A stretch of 60,899 nt of DNA, taken from a virus. A program made the translations under genes and the position numbers. Below the pieces are notes generated by a model. The model saw only the letters and a program-made list of their open reading frames with translations. It was not told the DNA's origin and did not search any database. The first letter of the stretch is position 1. Each line of letters opens with the position of its first letter. The stretch lies in IMG/VR virus record IMGVR_UViG_3300012207_000001; one strand, written 5' to 3'. Below, one piece after another: positions 45,957 through 54,594 of this stretch.

Positions 45957-46343
45957 CTAAGGCTCCACAGTCGAGACGTAATTGCTGAAATAAATAGACA
46001 TACCAGGATTGCTAGCGCCTCCCTTTACCACTAGCCCGTTTACAAGCGTAATACCGATTGCAGGATAGCCTGGCAACGGACCTAACGGGGCTGAAGAAGG
46101 CACAACCGTAAATGGCACTCCTGATGTAGCACTTGTGCTATCGAACAATAATACCGCTCCTGCCCCTACCTCTAAAACGCAACAGCCATAGAGACAAGCT
46201 ACCTCGTCAGAAATAATGGTATCGTCGGTAGTACCCGATGCAATCTCGATATGGTTGCAGCCTGATAATGCGGTTGCAACATCGGTAACGTACATCGGAT
46301 TGGTTTGATCGATTGGATACCCAACCGGATCTTTTACTGGCAT
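45957..46343 (-). CDS. Hypothetical beta-rich protein, last gene of the detached fibre-like module.
   Basis: The ATG at 46343 has a GAAGGAG RBS. Confidence 0.45.
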   Translation of the reverse strand: MPVKDPVGYPIDQTNPMYVTDVATALSGCNHIEIASGTTDDTIISDEVACLYGCCVLEVGAGAVLLFDSTSATSGVPFTVVPSSAPLGPLPGYPAIGITLVNGLVVKGGASNPGMSIYFSNYVSTVEP

Positions 46344-46366
46344 AGATAAACAACTCCTTCTTTTCG

Positions 46367-48097
46367 TTAGAATTCTACCCATTCAATCATGAATGAGACC
46401 GAACTGGCGGTAACTGGGACTTTCACATACACGCTTGCATTCCTGGTCGTACTCTTGGGTAGGATAAGTTGGGAACTATTCGCCAACACCTGAAACGGTG
46501 CATTCGAGACAAGTGCAAACGAGCCTGACTGGACCGCGCCCGTTCCTCCCATCCCCGTTGTCTCTACGACCGTTGCGGGACTGCCTGTAAGAGCACTAAG
46601 CAACGGTGAACCGCCTCCTACTATCTGATTAGTGGCATTAGCGGTCAAGAGGTTTGCTGTGAGTCCAGCATCGGTATTAGCGCCTGTGCTATTGTAGTAA
46701 ATACGCCCATCGGCGCATCCGGTCGTTGCAAATGCGACAATGCTATAGATAATGACATTGACTGCTAGGCTGTTAGCGCGTGCTTGAAATCCTGCAAACG
46801 TATTCACACCCGACGTGAGAAGGAGCGTAGTCGTTGCACGATAGGCCATGCCCGACATAATCAACGACATGATGACGTTCGATGTTCGCAAATTTCCAAA
46901 CGTATCGATAGTGGCAGTATTAACTGCACTGGAATCAACCAGTTTTACCGCACCAATAACATTGTTGCCGAACGGTAAAGAGGTACCAATCGCAACCGTT
47001 GCACCTGCAGCGCCTGGAGCTGCACTTGAAGACATGCGTACATTGACCGTACCAGAGGCAACAGCCGTGGATCGTACGCGAATACTATCAAAGCCAGGGT
47101 TATTGATCTGCCATGTCTGATTAGTATTGGAGAGTGTTGTATAGCCATTCTCAATGACAGGAGTATTGTCTCGTGCAGATTGCACACTATACCACGTAGT
47201 ACCCGAATCATCTGACCCTTCAAACACACCTGTAGCGGTACCATAGGTGCCATTAATCGATACAAGAACGTTTCCATAACCATCAAGACCGGTTGCAACA
47301 ACACTATTCGTTTGTGTTGCATTGGTAAACGTTCCTGAGAAATCAGATTGCTCACCATTAATCATCGGAAGACCAGCCGATAGGCTAGCAGTAACCGCAA
47401 TAGAGCCACTATCAACAACGGTATGCAAGTTCGTACCTGTTGCTTGTGTAACACTTACAGAACCGCTATCGACAATGATATGCCCTATAACATTCGTTCC
47501 ACTAGGCAAGGATGGAAGGCTGGTTATAGACACACTGCCAGCGCTATCCACTACCACGTGCCCTATCACGGCTGTACTGGCATCGTTAATAACGTGACCT
47601 ATCACGTTAGAACCTGAAGGCAGAGCAGGTAACGAGGTTACAACCGTAGTCGATCCTGAGTCAGTCAGGACATGTCCAATGACATTTGTTCCACTGGGAA
47701 GCGTTGGCAGGCTGGTTATAGTAACCGCTCCTGCACTGTCTACTACCACGTGTCCTATCACGTTCGTACCAGCTGGTAGAGGAGCGGATTGCTTTACGCT
47801 GGCAATGCCTGACGCGTCAATTGCTAACTCATTAGCACCGTTGTAAATACCCGTTCTCAGATTGAACGCAGAACTAGATTCAACCCATAATCGTTGGCAA
47901 TTCGTACCATCGGTTGCACCAATCATATGAGCAGAACCAGACTGAGGGCCACCCACTGGCATCGAAGTAGGATCACGTGCCAATATCTGTGATTGATCGC
48001 TAGCTATAACCACTGGCAAACTACTAGATGCCGTTGTTTGACCTGTTGGCAAATTAAGCGAAACGGATGCAGTCGAGGGAGGGACTGACAAAGGCAT
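46367..48097 (-). CDS. Fibre or receptor-binding-like protein with five to six P(A/S)GTNVIGH(V/I) repeats.
   Basis: LPAGTNVIGHVVVDSAGAVTITSLPTLPSGTNVIGHVLTDSGSTTVVTSLPALPSGSNVIGHVINDASTAVIGHVVVDSAGSVSITSLPSLPSGTNVIGHIIVDSGS. The ATG at 48097 has an AAGGAG RBS. Confidence 0.55.
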   Translation of the reverse strand: MPLSVPPSTASVSLNLPTGQTTASSSLPVVIASDQSQILARDPTSMPVGGPQSGSAHMIGATDGTNCQRLWVESSSAFNLRTGIYNGANELAIDASGIASVKQSAPLPAGTNVIGHVVVDSAGAVTITSLPTLPSGTNVIGHVLTDSGSTTVVTSLPALPSGSNVIGHVINDASTAVIGHVVVDSAGSVSITSLPSLPSGTNVIGHIIVDSGSVSVTQATGTNLHTVVDSGSIAVTASLSAGLPMINGEQSDFSGTFTNATQTNSVVATGLDGYGNVLVSINGTYGTATGVFEGSDDSGTTWYSVQSARDNTPVIENGYTTLSNTNQTWQINNPGFDSIRVRSTAVASGTVNVRMSSSAAPGAAGATVAIGTSLPFGNNVIGAVKLVDSSAVNTATIDTFGNLRTSNVIMSLIMSGMAYRATTTLLLTSGVNTFAGFQARANSLAVNVIIYSIVAFATTGCADGRIYYNSTGANTDAGLTANLLTANATNQIVGGGSPLLSALTGSPATVVETTGMGGTGAVQSGSFALVSNAPFQVLANSSQLILPKSTTRNASVYVKVPVTASSVSFMIEWVEF

Positions 48098-48113
48098 GGC
48101 TTTTTGACTCCTT

Positions 48114-48434
48114 TTATGAAAGTTCTGTAACCCTAGCATTACCGTTTGCACTTACCCATATGCCCGTGATAAGCCCCGTATAGACGGGAGGGACTGGCAT
48201 CTCCCAAAAGCTTGCAGTAGGTATTTGCACGACGTAACTAGACGAGCTGGCTACAGCAGAGAACGATAAAAAAAGAGTCTGCGTGCTGTCGTTGTACACA
48301 TAGATTCCCTTGCGCGCTGTGTTGGCTGCCGCTATAGTAACGCTGGTTGCGGAGCTTGCAACGTTCGTTAATGTTGCGGTCGTTGCCACTAATGAGACAG
48401 GCGAAACCGCAGGCGGCTGTACTGGTACAGTCAT
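48114..48434 (-). CDS. Small beta-sandwich-like protein, first gene of the detached module.
   Basis: 106-aa T/S/A-rich ORF. Confidence 0.45.
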   Translation of the reverse strand: MTVPVQPPAVSPVSLVATTATLTNVASSATSVTIAAANTARKGIYVYNDSTQTLFLSFSAVASSSSYVVQIPTASFWEMPVPPVYTGLITGIWVSANGNARVTELS

Positions 48435-48549
48435 ATGAAAATCATGCCTCCATCATAGTAATTCCATTGTGCTGCATTCAGTATAAGCAAACAACCTCAT
48501 AGCTAGTTATGAATATCCCATAAAGATCTGAAATTGATGAAAAAGAGGA

Positions 48550-48578
48550 TTGACAACACATGAATAAATGGGTACTCT
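48550..48578 (+). promoter_or_regulatory. Promoter, a degenerate copy of the cassette.
   Basis: gaaattgatgaaaaagaggaTTGACAacacatgaataaatgggTACTCT. Confidence 0.4.
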
Positions 48579-48614
48579 ACTATAGATGAATAATTCTGAC
48601 AAAAGGAGGAAACA

Positions 48615-48818
48615 ATGTTAGTGGCTACAGACAAAGCTTTGAGCATAAGAGAAGTAGCAAACAGGCTAGGAGTAAGCGTATCAACCGTACGCAGAATGTT
48701 GGACACGGGGGAATTGCGCGCATTCAAAGTATTAGGACAATGGCGCATACGTGAAAGCGTTGTTGAGCAAATCATGCAATCATCCAATGACAATAAAGAC
48801 CAGGAAACACAAAACTAA
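48615..48818 (+). CDS. Excisionase-family HTH (HTH_17-like) DNA-binding protein.
   Basis: LSIREVANRLGVSVSTVRRMLDTGELRAFKVLGQWRI with an AAGGAGG RBS. Confidence 0.65.
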   Translation: MLVATDKALSIREVANRLGVSVSTVRRMLDTGELRAFKVLGQWRIRESVVEQIMQSSNDNKDQETQN

Positions 48819-48937
48819 AAACCTCCTGCACGGTTCGTACCAGGCAGGAGAGTCAACCAGCAAGATCACACAAAAGACAGCTTGCAGGCTTTATCAGTAT
48901 AAGCCCTGCAAAAGTAAAAAGAAAGAAGGGCTTACCC

Positions 48938-49066
48938 ATGACTCTCGTACTAATCATTATGGCATTTACATTGGTCATCGCTATTTCTTGCAACTGGCCA
49001 GATGAAGAAGAATGGCCACACCCCAAAGAAGGGGAAGATAACCCCTACGAAAATTGGAAAGAATAG
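48938..49066 (+). CDS. Small membrane protein, 42 aa.
   Basis: MTLVLIIMAFTLVIAISCNWPDEEEW.... Confidence 0.3.
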   Translation: MTLVLIIMAFTLVIAISCNWPDEEEWPHPKEGEDNPYENWKE

Positions 49067-49100
49067 TACCACATCAAGATAGGAAGAAGGGATTACAGCC

Positions 49101-49349
49101 ATGATCGTATCCATCCCCACAAGTGCAGGCATGATTAACTTATGCCTGACTGCCAGACTCTTGAAGATCATAGCCTGCATAGTAGGGATAGGTATGATCC
49201 TGGCAGGCTACACACTCATGCAGCTCGTCTCTTTTGTTATGACTGCCAGCCCAGAGCAGTTCGTGAGAGTTATTCTTGTAGCGTGCTTCGTGGCAATCGT
49301 ATTTGTAGTGAAGAACATTGCAGTCTGCAAGGCAGGAGGCAGACTATGA
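49101..49349 (+). CDS. Small integral membrane protein.
   Basis: Two to three hydrophobic helices. The stop overlaps the next ATG (ATGA). Confidence 0.45.
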   Translation: MIVSIPTSAGMINLCLTARLLKIIACIVGIGMILAGYTLMQLVSFVMTASPEQFVRVILVACFVAIVFVVKNIAVCKAGGRL

Positions 49350-49837
49350 AACAACGGATGTTCATTATCGGCTGGTCTGTTATTGGTATCTTAATAACGG
49401 GCCTATGCGTGATTGTTATCACCAGCCTTATCCCCTATTACAATATCGTGGGAAAGATGGCATTAGTAGTCGTCGCAATGGCATTGCTCTGCCTGATCGT
49501 TCTCATGTTTTCATTTACTAAATCGAGAGTGAGTATCTGGCATAATCGAGAACGGTTAATCATAGCAGGGGATGTAGTTGCATACATAAACCAGGCAGGA
49601 TTGATTGAGAATCTAACGGCGCAAAACTATGCAGCCCAAATAGCGCCCAACGTGACTGTGCGGCAAATAGCGCCTCCTGCTCAGCAAGTAGAACAAGATA
49701 CCTCGTCAGACGAGGATACGGTAAGAGATCTTATTGTACGAGGAACGGCACTCAAATCCATAGCAGAGAGTACAGGCTGGACGTATTACCGTGTCCAAAA
49801 ACTTTATGCACAGATGAAAGAATCAAACGAGATTTAA
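49346..49837 (+). CDS. Membrane-anchored protein with a C-terminal HTH-like segment.
   Basis: Two N-terminal TM helices (MFIIGWSVIGILITGLCVIVITSL, MALVVVAMALLCLIVLMFSF), then a C-terminal TVRDLIVRGTALKSIAESTGWTYYRVQKLYAQM. Confidence 0.5.
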   Translation: MKQRMFIIGWSVIGILITGLCVIVITSLIPYYNIVGKMALVVVAMALLCLIVLMFSFTKSRVSIWHNRERLIIAGDVVAYINQAGLIENLTAQNYAAQIAPNVTVRQIAPPAQQVEQDTSSDEDTVRDLIVRGTALKSIAESTGWTYYRVQKLYAQMKESNEI

Positions 49838-49840
49838 CCC

Positions 49841-49949
49841 GATTGAACATTGATTGACGATTGATTGAGCCAATTAAGCCAGATCGCACGATTGATTGCA
49901 AATTAGATTGACGATTGATCAAGCACGATTGACCGATTTTTTGTCAATC
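49841..49949. repeat. Array of ten GATTGA motifs, nine direct and one inverted, in about 110 bp.
   Basis: GATTGA starts at 49841, 49852, 49859, 49863, 49890, 49906, 49913 and 49927. There is a GATTGC variant at 49894 and an inverted GTCAATC at 49943. The common unit is ACGATTGA. Confidence 0.8.
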
Positions 49950-49999
49950 TGAAGATAGAGAGTCCCCCACAGCGGGGGAGGGGATAGGAGAATACTTGT

Positions 50000-50941
50000 A
50001 TGGCAGCCATAACAAACCAACCTAGTGGACAACACTGGAAAGAGAGGGCTCTTGAACATGCGGAGGCTATCACGGACTCATGGGAAGTAACCAAAGCCTA
50101 TGCAGGTAGGCTTGCGGAATGGATTTTATTTCTCTGCATGATCTTCTGCATAGTTGAAATCTTGCCAGGCGTGACGCTCTACCCCTGGTTATCGAATACC
50201 ATTCTAGGTATACAGGCCGTTACGCTTGACGTGGGAGGCTTTGCACTCTCCAGTATGGCCGACCATGCCAGATTGTCAGGTGATATTACATCTGCAAAGA
50301 AGGCCGATACTACTGGCAAATTCTTGATAGGAATAGTGATTCTTACCCTGACTTTAATCACGATTGGGCTCCTCTATGCACCTGCAAAACAGTACACAGA
50401 TGGAGCGGAAAAGTTACTCATTTTAGTACGTGTTGTGATGACCGTTGTGTATGGACATGTCATCCATTCGCTACGCAAAAATGTTACTCCATCGGTACAG
50501 CCGACGCAAGTAGTTACGCTAGAAAATCGTCTACAAGAAATGGCGGTACAGATGACAGAAAACCAGAACAGTCTGGTACAACAATTGAGAGAGGAGATAG
50601 AGACGCAAAGGCAGGCTATAAACCAGCTGATAACTAATGCAACATTCAAAACTGATGACATTACACATGACAGTTTTGTTGACATAGAAATGGAAGATGA
50701 TTTGAATGTTGAGACATCAGAGGAGGGAACAAAAACAGAAGAATTACCGCTCTCGAAGATTACCGTAAAGTTGACACCAGACATTACAAAAGTGTCAACG
50801 AAAAAGGAACCGACGGCGAAACAAAAGGCAGCAAAAATGTTACAACGAAATGCAAACTTGACTGCCTCTGACATTGCAAAAAAGTTGAATATTACCAGAC
50901 AATACGCTAGCGCTATCTTAGCAGAAATGAAAGGAAATTAA
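50000..50941 (+). CDS. Polytopic membrane protein with a coiled coil and a C-terminal HTH.
   Basis: Four TM helices in residues about 40-160, a coiled coil (ENRLQEMAVQMTENQNSLVQQLREEIETQRQAINQL), an acidic linker and a C-terminal LTASDIAKKLNITRQYASAILAEM. Confidence 0.6.
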   Translation: MAAITNQPSGQHWKERALEHAEAITDSWEVTKAYAGRLAEWILFLCMIFCIVEILPGVTLYPWLSNTILGIQAVTLDVGGFALSSMADHARLSGDITSAKKADTTGKFLIGIVILTLTLITIGLLYAPAKQYTDGAEKLLILVRVVMTVVYGHVIHSLRKNVTPSVQPTQVVTLENRLQEMAVQMTENQNSLVQQLREEIETQRQAINQLITNATFKTDDITHDSFVDIEMEDDLNVETSEEGTKTEELPLSKITVKLTPDITKVSTKKEPTAKQKAAKMLQRNANLTASDIAKKLNITRQYASAILAEMKGN

Positions 50942-50942
50942 C

Positions 50943-51173
50943 ATGAAGTTTTGGTTTAAGAACCTCAAAGGACCAGACAACGATGGCGACGGCTACGAAA
51001 TAGTCACCCCTCCGATGGAAGATCAAGAAGAGATCAATAATATTCTTATTGATCCATCGCGTAGAGCAGAGCTACGAAAAAAGATGGGCTTACCCGATGA
51101 CGGAAAAATCTGGTGTGATGTTTGTCAGGTAGCGCACGTACCACCAGAACATACAGCAAAGAAAGGACACTAA
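50943..51173 (+). CDS. Hypothetical small protein.
   Basis: ORF with an RBS. It contains CDVCQVAH. Confidence 0.45.
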   Translation: MKFWFKNLKGPDNDGDGYEIVTPPMEDQEEINNILIDPSRRAELRKKMGLPDDGKIWCDVCQVAHVPPEHTAKKGH

Positions 51174-51253
51174 TGATGTTGGCAATGGTCGCTGTCATTA
51201 TCACAGGAATGGCACTCATTGGAATGATGATTGATAGTTATTATCGGTTCTAA
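51173..51253 (+). CDS. Possible 26-aa hydrophobic peptide.
   Basis: TAATG overlap with the upstream gene. It translates MMLAMVAVIITGMALIGMMIDSYYRF. Confidence 0.25.
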   Translation: MMLAMVAVIITGMALIGMMIDSYYRF

Positions 51254-51268
51254 GAAAGGAGAATAATA

Positions 51269-51574
51269 ATGGCCACACTGTACCCAACACATCAAGAGAG
51301 GCGCGCAATTGAACGCTCCGCCAACGCTGGCGATGAGTCTGCAAAGAACTATCTAAAACTATTAGACATCTGCACTGAGATACTAGAGAACTCAAACGGT
51401 ATTTCGCTGGCCAGGGGAATGCTAGGAGAGCATAATGATGTCTACGGACACGCCATAGACGACGCGCTATCTGAACTCATGCCTGTTGCAGTGGAAATCG
51501 CTGCAGGAGGATGGAAAAGTCTTCAGTTCTACGCTCCTCCTGTTACGACTGATAAGGCAAAAGAGGAAGAGTAG
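51269..51574 (+). CDS. Hypothetical protein.
   Basis: ORF with an AAAGGAG RBS. Confidence 0.5.
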   Translation: MATLYPTHQERRAIERSANAGDESAKNYLKLLDICTEILENSNGISLARGMLGEHNDVYGHAIDDALSELMPVAVEIAAGGWKSLQFYAPPVTTDKAKEEE

Positions 51575-51594
51575 AGGTTATCATACGTATTAGG

Positions 51595-51624
51595 AGAAGG
51601 ATAGACCGATGTGTCTATCCTTCT
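51595..51624. terminator. Hairpin between convergent genes.
   Basis: AGAAGGATAGAC-cgatgt-GTCTATCCTTCT followed by TTTT. Confidence 0.55.
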
Positions 51625-51902
51625 TTTTGATCTTCCTCCATCAAGATCCTCATCAATTTCGTGCTGGTTGCGGTAACAGGAAACAACGAATTGACCAGAC
51701 CAGCATAGCCTACACCACATTCACAGCCACATACAACGACGTTACCATTATTGAGTAGCCAGGTGAATTTATGCCTGTGCGTCTCGTGTAGCAGTCTTGT
51801 GGCACGCGCTATACCATGTTGGTATCCATCCTCGAATATGGCGCGTTGTTCTTCGTTAATCAAGAGATGGCTGGTGACAATATGTTCCTGGTTGTTACTC
51901 AT
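51615..51902 (-). CDS. Hypothetical protein.
   Basis: The start at 51902 overlaps the upstream stop (ATGA). It contains CGCECG. Confidence 0.45.
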   Translation of the reverse strand: MSNNQEHIVTSHLLINEEQRAIFEDGYQHGIARATRLLHETHRHKFTWLLNNGNVVVCGCECGVGYAGLVNSLFPVTATSTKLMRILMEEDQKEG

Positions 51903-52147
51903 CTTTTCTTCTCCTTCAATCGTGTATAGTCTGCCAGCCATGCATCTACATTTTCTTTCAGTTCCTCGAAGTAGCCAGAAACCGTATAGCATTGAACACG
52001 GCTTATGATGTACTCAGCACTGGCTATCAATTCCTTCTGCACGCGTTCCATACGCAGTAGATCAAGCTCCAGCATAGGCAAGTCTGTATCAATCTGCCTA
52101 CGACCTAACCCGATAGGAGGCTTGTCATTCATACTATCTTCACTCAT
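51899..52147 (-). CDS. Hypothetical protein.
   Basis: ORF in a tightly packed minus-strand operon. Confidence 0.45.
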   Translation of the reverse strand: MSEDSMNDKPPIGLGRRQIDTDLPMLELDLLRMERVQKELIASAEYIISRVQCYTVSGYFEELKENVDAWLADYTRLKEKKR

Positions 52148-52153
52148 TTCTTC

Positions 52154-52399
52154 TTATCCTTCCACTATTTTGATCGTTCGTGTTGATGCCTGCCAGTGCA
52201 AATTATAACTCTTGTCAGGCATCTGCATGTATATGTAAACGTTTTCATCTGCTAAGCTAATGATAGTCGGGTTGAACTCTACCCGCAACACATCAAGTAC
52301 TGACTTGTGTAACACTTGCTCAACCCATTTACGCAGGGCAGGAATGACAGGTGCATCCTGTTCCCAGAACTCAATGAACGCCATGCGATTTGTCTCCAT
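52154..52399 (-). CDS. Hypothetical protein.
   Basis: ORF in the minus-strand operon. Confidence 0.45.
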   Translation of the reverse strand: METNRMAFIEFWEQDAPVIPALRKWVEQVLHKSVLDVLRVEFNPTIISLADENVYIYMQMPDKSYNLHWQASTRTIKIVEG

Positions 52400-52736
52400 C
52401 CCTGTACAGATTGTTGTCCTTCAAGATCTGCCGATAGACATCAGAGGAGCGACTGCCGACCGTACCATGTACAGCGCGTAGGTCGCTGGTCGTTTCGAGG
52501 AGTCGCACAGACACAGGCTGTACCGGTTTCTTCATGAGGTTGAAATGATGTCCCGTAGTTTGCGGGTCTATCGCCTGATATTGCGCACAGCCGCAATGCT
52601 TGCAGAAACTATCAAGCGTTGCCAAAGGCTTGCAGCAAAACACACAGGGCTTGATATCTCGCTCCCAGACAATAACCGTTTTGTCGTGGGGAAGTAGTAT
52701 GGAACGTAGGACATGTTTTAGACGTTGTAGAAACAT
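52371..52736 (-). CDS. Zinc-ribbon protein.
   Basis: CVFCCKPL...CKHCGC. Confidence 0.4.
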   Translation of the reverse strand: MFLQRLKHVLRSILLPHDKTVIVWERDIKPCVFCCKPLATLDSFCKHCGCAQYQAIDPQTTGHHFNLMKKPVQPVSVRLLETTSDLRAVHGTVGSRSSDVYRQILKDNNLYRDGDKSHGVH

Positions 52737-52807
52737 TGTATCTTTCCTGTCTACACAAACACACACATTTCATACTACTTATTGTATATCCTCTGTCTAT
52801 ATGATGA

Positions 52808-53128
52808 TTAGTTTATGACTATGGCAAGGGAATAGCTACCTCCCCTGTCTACAAGATACAATTCTGTACCGTCTGGCAGCATGATTCTGTACCGTGTGTC
52901 TATCGTTCGAGGGTGTAATTCTTGTGAAGTGCTACCCTCTGGGAGACGGATAACCACCTGATCGGCGCTTTCCTCTATCTTGCATGCATGTTCCTCCTGC
53001 AAGATAGTGTACAGTCTACGTACATCCGTCAAAAACTTGTCCTTAATAAGTCTCATTGGAGGCAAATTTATAAACGCAATAGGGCGGGGCATACTTGTAT
53101 TAAAATCATGATCTCTCTTCTGTTCCAT
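52808..53128 (-). CDS. Hypothetical protein.
   Basis: The start MEQKRD at 53128 lies just after the upstream stop at 53133. Confidence 0.4.
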   Translation of the reverse strand: MEQKRDHDFNTSMPRPIAFINLPPMRLIKDKFLTDVRRLYTILQEEHACKIEESADQVVIRLPEGSTSQELHPRTIDTRYRIMLPDGTELYLVDRGGSYSLAIVIN

Positions 53129-53132
53129 CTCT

Positions 53133-53321
53133 CTATCCTTCTTCTTTCTGTTCGTGGGTCTGACCAGCTGGTACCGTATCGATGAAAGCCAGCAATCGGT
53201 AGCCATGCTTCACTTGCAAGTAGAACTCCAGCAATTCTACTTTCTGTGCGAACGTCAAAGCTGTGGGGAAGCCAGACGTAAGCAAACGTATTACCTGTAC
53301 AGGGATGACACTCTTCTTCAT
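53133..53321 (-). CDS. Hypothetical small protein.
   Basis: Its frame chains with the downstream gene. The alternative overlapping ORF 53068..53346 was not preferred. Confidence 0.35.
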   Translation of the reverse strand: MKKSVIPVQVIRLLTSGFPTALTFAQKVELLEFYLQVKHGYRLLAFIDTVPAGQTHEQKEEG

Positions 53322-53568
53322 TCTTCTTCCACATAATTCTCATCACTAAACGCCGTGTAGAGGTTGCCAGGGCTGGTACAATAACAATGGATGGTATGAC
53401 GAACGTGGCGCACTTGCTGGCTACTGGCTTTGTTCTCCTGTCCTGCCAGAGCTATCAAGTGCACGCCTGCTCTCTCTCGTCCATCATCGTTTGTTTGCTC
53501 TTTGGTTCTTCTACTGCCTCCTAGTACGCATCACAACGACGTAAGACGCCTGGATAAGAATAGCTCGC

Positions 53569-53772
53569 TTATCCAGGCGTCTTTGGTTTTATTTTCTCAA
53601 GGTTTTCTACATCGATACGCAGATACCAGACCTTGCTGCCGGTCCGAGGTTGCAAGTATTTGATAAGCTTGCCAACGCGCGCGTACCGATCTACCGTTCG
53701 AGGAGTAACTCCTAATATATCAGCCGTTTCTAGCCTGCTCAGGTAGGTTGACTGCTCTATGACTTGATTCAC
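53569..53772 (-). CDS. Excisionase-family HTH DNA-binding protein with a GTG start.
   Basis: LSRLETADILGVTPRTVDRYARVGKL. AAAGGAGGTGA RBS. The longer track ORF would include its own promoter. Confidence 0.5.
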   Translation of the reverse strand: MNQVIEQSTYLSRLETADILGVTPRTVDRYARVGKLIKYLQPRTGSKVWYLRIDVENLEKIKPKTPG

Positions 53773-53806
53773 TCCTGCTATCACCTCCTTTCTATGTTCT
53801 CTTCTC

Positions 53807-53835
53807 AGTATAGCCACACTGTCGCACTCTGTCAA
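53807..53835 (-). promoter_or_regulatory. Promoter: TTGACA, 17-nt spacer, TATACT.
   Basis: The minus strand reads TTGACAgagtgcgacagtgtggcTATACT. Confidence 0.6.
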
Positions 53836-53886
53836 TGTGTGTCATCTTGTGTGAGTGCTAGCTTGTGTAACATGGTAGGGATAAGA

Positions 53887-53923
53887 AAAGGGACTCCACT
53901 TGCTGGCAAGTGGAGTCCCTTTG
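53887..53923 (-). terminator. Rho-independent terminator.
   Basis: AAAGGGACTCCACTTGC-cag-GCAAGTGGAGTCCCTTT followed by TCTT on the minus strand. Confidence 0.65.
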
Positions 53924-53936
53924 ATGGGAGAGAGTA

Positions 53937-54155
53937 TTAATAATTGAATTTTGATTTGATAGGGTCTGCATATTTTTTGATACGGTTGATAACCGTTTGT
54001 GGAAGTGGTTTTGTTGTGGTGAAATAGACTTCATAGAGGTCATCACCATTAAATTCGTCTTCCTCGACGGACTCAATTTTTGTAAAGGTGTCTAGCGCAT
54101 AAGCTGCACGTGACATCATATCGTTATTTTTGAAGTTCATTATGTGTTTGATCAT
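53937..54155 (-). CDS. Hypothetical protein.
   Basis: The ATG at 54155 lies downstream of the cassette promoter and a GAAGGAAAAA RBS. The upstream part of the track ORF covers the promoter. Confidence 0.45.
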   Translation of the reverse strand: MIKHIMNFKNNDMMSRAAYALDTFTKIESVEEDEFNGDDLYEVYFTTTKPLPQTVINRIKKYADPIKSKFNY

Positions 54156-54200
54156 TGTGTTTTTCCTTCTTTCAAGTTTTTCATTTCCTTCGATGTCATA

Positions 54201-54245
54201 ATAATACCATAACATATTCAGTATGTCAAGTACTTTATCAGTCAT
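54201..54245 (-). promoter_or_regulatory. Minus-strand copy of the conserved early promoter cassette.
   Basis: The minus strand reads gactgataaagtacTTGACAtactgaatatgttatggTATTAT, nearly identical to 10447-10488. Confidence 0.6.
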
Positions 54246-54411
54246 TTCCAGAAAGAGAAGAAAAAGCCATAAAAGAAAAGAGCCTCCCACATGTAATCCC
54301 CATTTCATGCAGCAGACTCTTCCCGCGAAAGGATAGAATAGAAAGGACGAAGTAATGACCCCCTGATACAAACCAGACTCTTAGCGTATCCGATGTCAGT
54401 ATAACATACCG

Positions 54412-54594
54412 TCAATGATATGACAACACAAACCAGCCGTACACAACGACCAGGAACACAAACCACAGCAAGGATAGCCACGCTAACGCTATGAGAAGGT
54501 CGTCAAGGCTTGTATCGTATGGCTGGTTATCATTGCAACGGATACGAGGGATAGACTGTGTAGGCGTATTGTGGATGCTGCTATCAGGAGGCAT
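54412..54594 (-). CDS. Small C-terminally membrane-anchored protein.
   Basis: LLIALAWLSLLWFVFLVVVYGWFVL. The start overlaps the 3' end of the upstream gene. Confidence 0.4.
   Translation of the reverse strand: MPPDSSIHNTPTQSIPRIRCNDNQPYDTSLDDLLIALAWLSLLWFVFLVVVYGWFVLSYH

Noticed and set aside
46367-48097. Diversity-generating retroelement acting on the repeated fibre paralogs.
   Set aside because: No reverse transcriptase ORF is present anywhere in the genome. There is also no template/variable repeat pair with adenine-specific differences. The paralogs differ at many synonymous sites.
53543-53583. Hairpin AAGACGCCTGGATAAG...CTTATCCAGGCGTCTT, considered as the terminator of the HTH gene 53569..53772.
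   Set aside because: The T-run follows the hairpin on the plus strand only, and it overlaps the last codons of the minus-strand gene. Its role is unclear, so it is not listed as a feature.
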